The notes under the pieces were generated by a model that worked only from the letters and a program-made list of their open reading frames with translations, was not told the DNA's origin and searched no databases. DNA of 64,000 nucleotides, from the NCBI GenBank assembly GCA_026770705.1, contig JANJGN010000039.1:6448001-6512000 (forward strand), read 5' to 3'. The stretch is from Isurus oxyrinchus. Lineage: Eukaryota. Shown here in pieces: positions 62,091 through 64,000 of the stretch (positions are counted from its first letter, which is position 1; each line of letters opens with the position of its first letter). A program made the translations under genes and the position numbers.

Positions 62091-62539
62091 GTTGACTATG
62101 TGGCTGCACAACTTCTGCGCTTTCCTATTCTCCAGTCTGAGAACCATGCTCTACCACAGTCACATCAATGTTCCAGCTTCCTCTGACACTCTGCTCTAGC
62201 TACATAGCTCCCGCTCTTTTATTAAATCTCTGCTCTGGGGGAACAGCCCCAGTTACCTTTCACTCTGTGCTTTGATTACCTCGCTCCTGTTCTTTCTAAC
62301 TCTCTCTTCTGGCAGCTCAGATACCGCTGTATTTAAATCTCTCCTCTCGCAGCTCAGCTCCCGTTCAATTTAGGTCCCGATGTCTCAACCCTCCGCTCTT
62401 TTTAAAAATACCACCTGTTGGTGCTCAGCCTCCGTCTCTCTCTAATTCAGTGTGCTCACTGTTCAGCTGCAGTACCAAAGATATAACTAAATATGACTTT
62501 ACAGCCAAGCGTCCAGCCCGGAATTGGAGACAGCTGAGA

Positions 62540-63130
62540 TTAATTGAGAATGATCACGGATTTGTAAAAGGCATGACTTTGATTAAGCACATACTGGAAC
62601 AACATATTTTGCAATCTAATGTCACAACTGGGAAAAATAAGCAAGATAATACAGGGGTGGTTGGCTAACTGGATTTTGAGGTATTAATTGACAACCTAGT
62701 GCAGATAGAGCTGATAAGAAAATTTAGGCTCATGAAAGAGGGCAGAAGCGGGGTGTCTCTATCCAATCGGATACATTTCGGTAACACACTGAAAACAGAA
62801 ACTGTTGGTAATCGTTTTGTTTCTGTCTGGATGAAGTTAGCCACTGGTTTGCCCCATGAATCTGTGTTGGACTGGTGTTCGTTTTGCTGTCAATAAGCCA
62901 GTTGGATCTTGGAATACAGCACAACGTCTCAAAACATGTGAATTATACACACAAAGTGGGCTGGGTGTTAATCAGTGAGGATGATACGAATCCATTGCAA
63001 TTGGACACGGAGAAACGAGCAGACCTGGCAGGGAATTAGCAGATGCAATTAAATGCATTGCAGGGTAAAATAATACACGTTGGCAGAAGGGGTAGAGAGG
63101 GGTAATGGAAGCAGAAAGCCACTGTTATAA
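62540..63130 (+). mobile_element. Heavily decayed CR1 RT fragment
   Basis: HGFVKG and GLPHESVL (GVPQGSVL-like) remnants, then GCAGATGCAATTAAATGCA (QMQFN-like). Confidence 0.5.
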
Positions 63131-63559
63131 AGAATGTGACTGAATAAAGTGACCAGGATGACAAGCTTCGATATTTGAATGTGGTGGACACAGCCATGCC
63201 GAGGGTATGGATAACTGTGGCGAAGGCATCTGGCACCGCGCTTTGGGGGTGGGGGGAGGAGGAGGGTAATGTGGGGCACCCTGTGCTGACTTTTGAATGC
63301 GGGCGATCTTTCCTTTCTGGGTAAGATTGGAGGAGTCTGTCTAATTAAGGTAAATGAGCGGCCCTATTCGTATTTAGAATGCAATGGTTACCACGTGCAG
63401 TGAGAGAAAGAAACAGAGGAAATATCGCTCGGATGCGGGATAAAAGGAAGAACAAAACAATAAAATGATAAGATCCTGAAACGTTCTCTGTTTAATTGAA
63501 GAATCAGAGCTCCTCCACGTTGAGGACCAATTGGAAGAAGCTTTGAGGATGTGAAGGAG

Positions 63560-64000
63560 ACGACCTGCAACCTACTTGTGGAACTTCAATGCACTTCATC
63601 AAGCGTGGCTCAGTCACACTGTTGCTTTCCAAACTGGCCGGCTCATAAAACACTTTGCTGTTGGACTGGCTCAGTAGCAGCCTCATTGATGCTGAAACTG
63701 AACACATGACTGCATATGACATGGCAGAAATATTTGCAAAAATTCCAACCATAGGTGGCGCGTGGATGATCCTGAGAGACAATAAGATTTGTCCACAGTA
63801 TCACAAATGCCAGTCTTCAGCCAGATAAAATCACTCCACGTGCTATCAAGAGAATGCTAAAGGCATTGGATACTGCTAAGAGTAAGGACCCTGAAAAACC
63901 GCTGGCATATTACCGAGGACGTTTACTTCCCAGCAGCTAAAACACACGAATTTACCTGGAAATGTAGACAAGTTCAGTGGTACGTTCTGTCCACTAATTT
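63560..64000 (+). mobile_element. Second LINE family, region upstream of the RT, running off the window
   Basis: ATGCCAGTCTTCAGCCAGATAAAATCACTCCACGTGCTATCAAGAGAATGCTAAAGGCATTGGATACTGCTAAG..GGACCCTGA (LKALDTAK..GPD motif). Confidence 0.6.

Noticed and set aside
62160-62450. Loose ~40-bp repeats (CAGCTCCCGCTCTTTT..TAAAT)
   Set aside because: Too degenerate to define a unit. It may be the antisense 5' UTR of a LINE, but I cannot support that.

Overview
Repeat-rich vertebrate genomic DNA, most likely from a cartilaginous fish (inferred from the repeat families and the receptor type). It has two assembly gaps (33575-33722, 55595-55734). The bacterial-style ORF track is almost entirely noise. The real coding content is a co-oriented (+ strand) tandem array of three diverged class A GPCR genes of the GPR139/GPR142-like type. 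One is apparently intact with two exons (33053-33122 + 38641-39518, 315 aa, upstream TATA-like box). Two are pseudogenes: an exon 2 at 14095-~14990, and a two-part copy at 58332-59542 whose N-terminus is a 42-nt tandem repeat encoding N-glycosylation sequons. The paralogues keep the same phase-1 intron in TM1 but differ at predicted ligand-pocket positions, a birth-and-death pattern resembling a chemoreceptor repertoire. Intergenic DNA holds decayed CR1 LINEs, a second (CR1-Zenon-like) LINE with a partner SINE, a Penelope-like element with palindromic miniature derivatives, a Deu-domain SINE, four distinct minisatellites (33, 22-23, 29-30 and 39 bp) and a local inverted duplication. Repeat family names come from motif recall, not database searches, and repeat boundaries are approximate.
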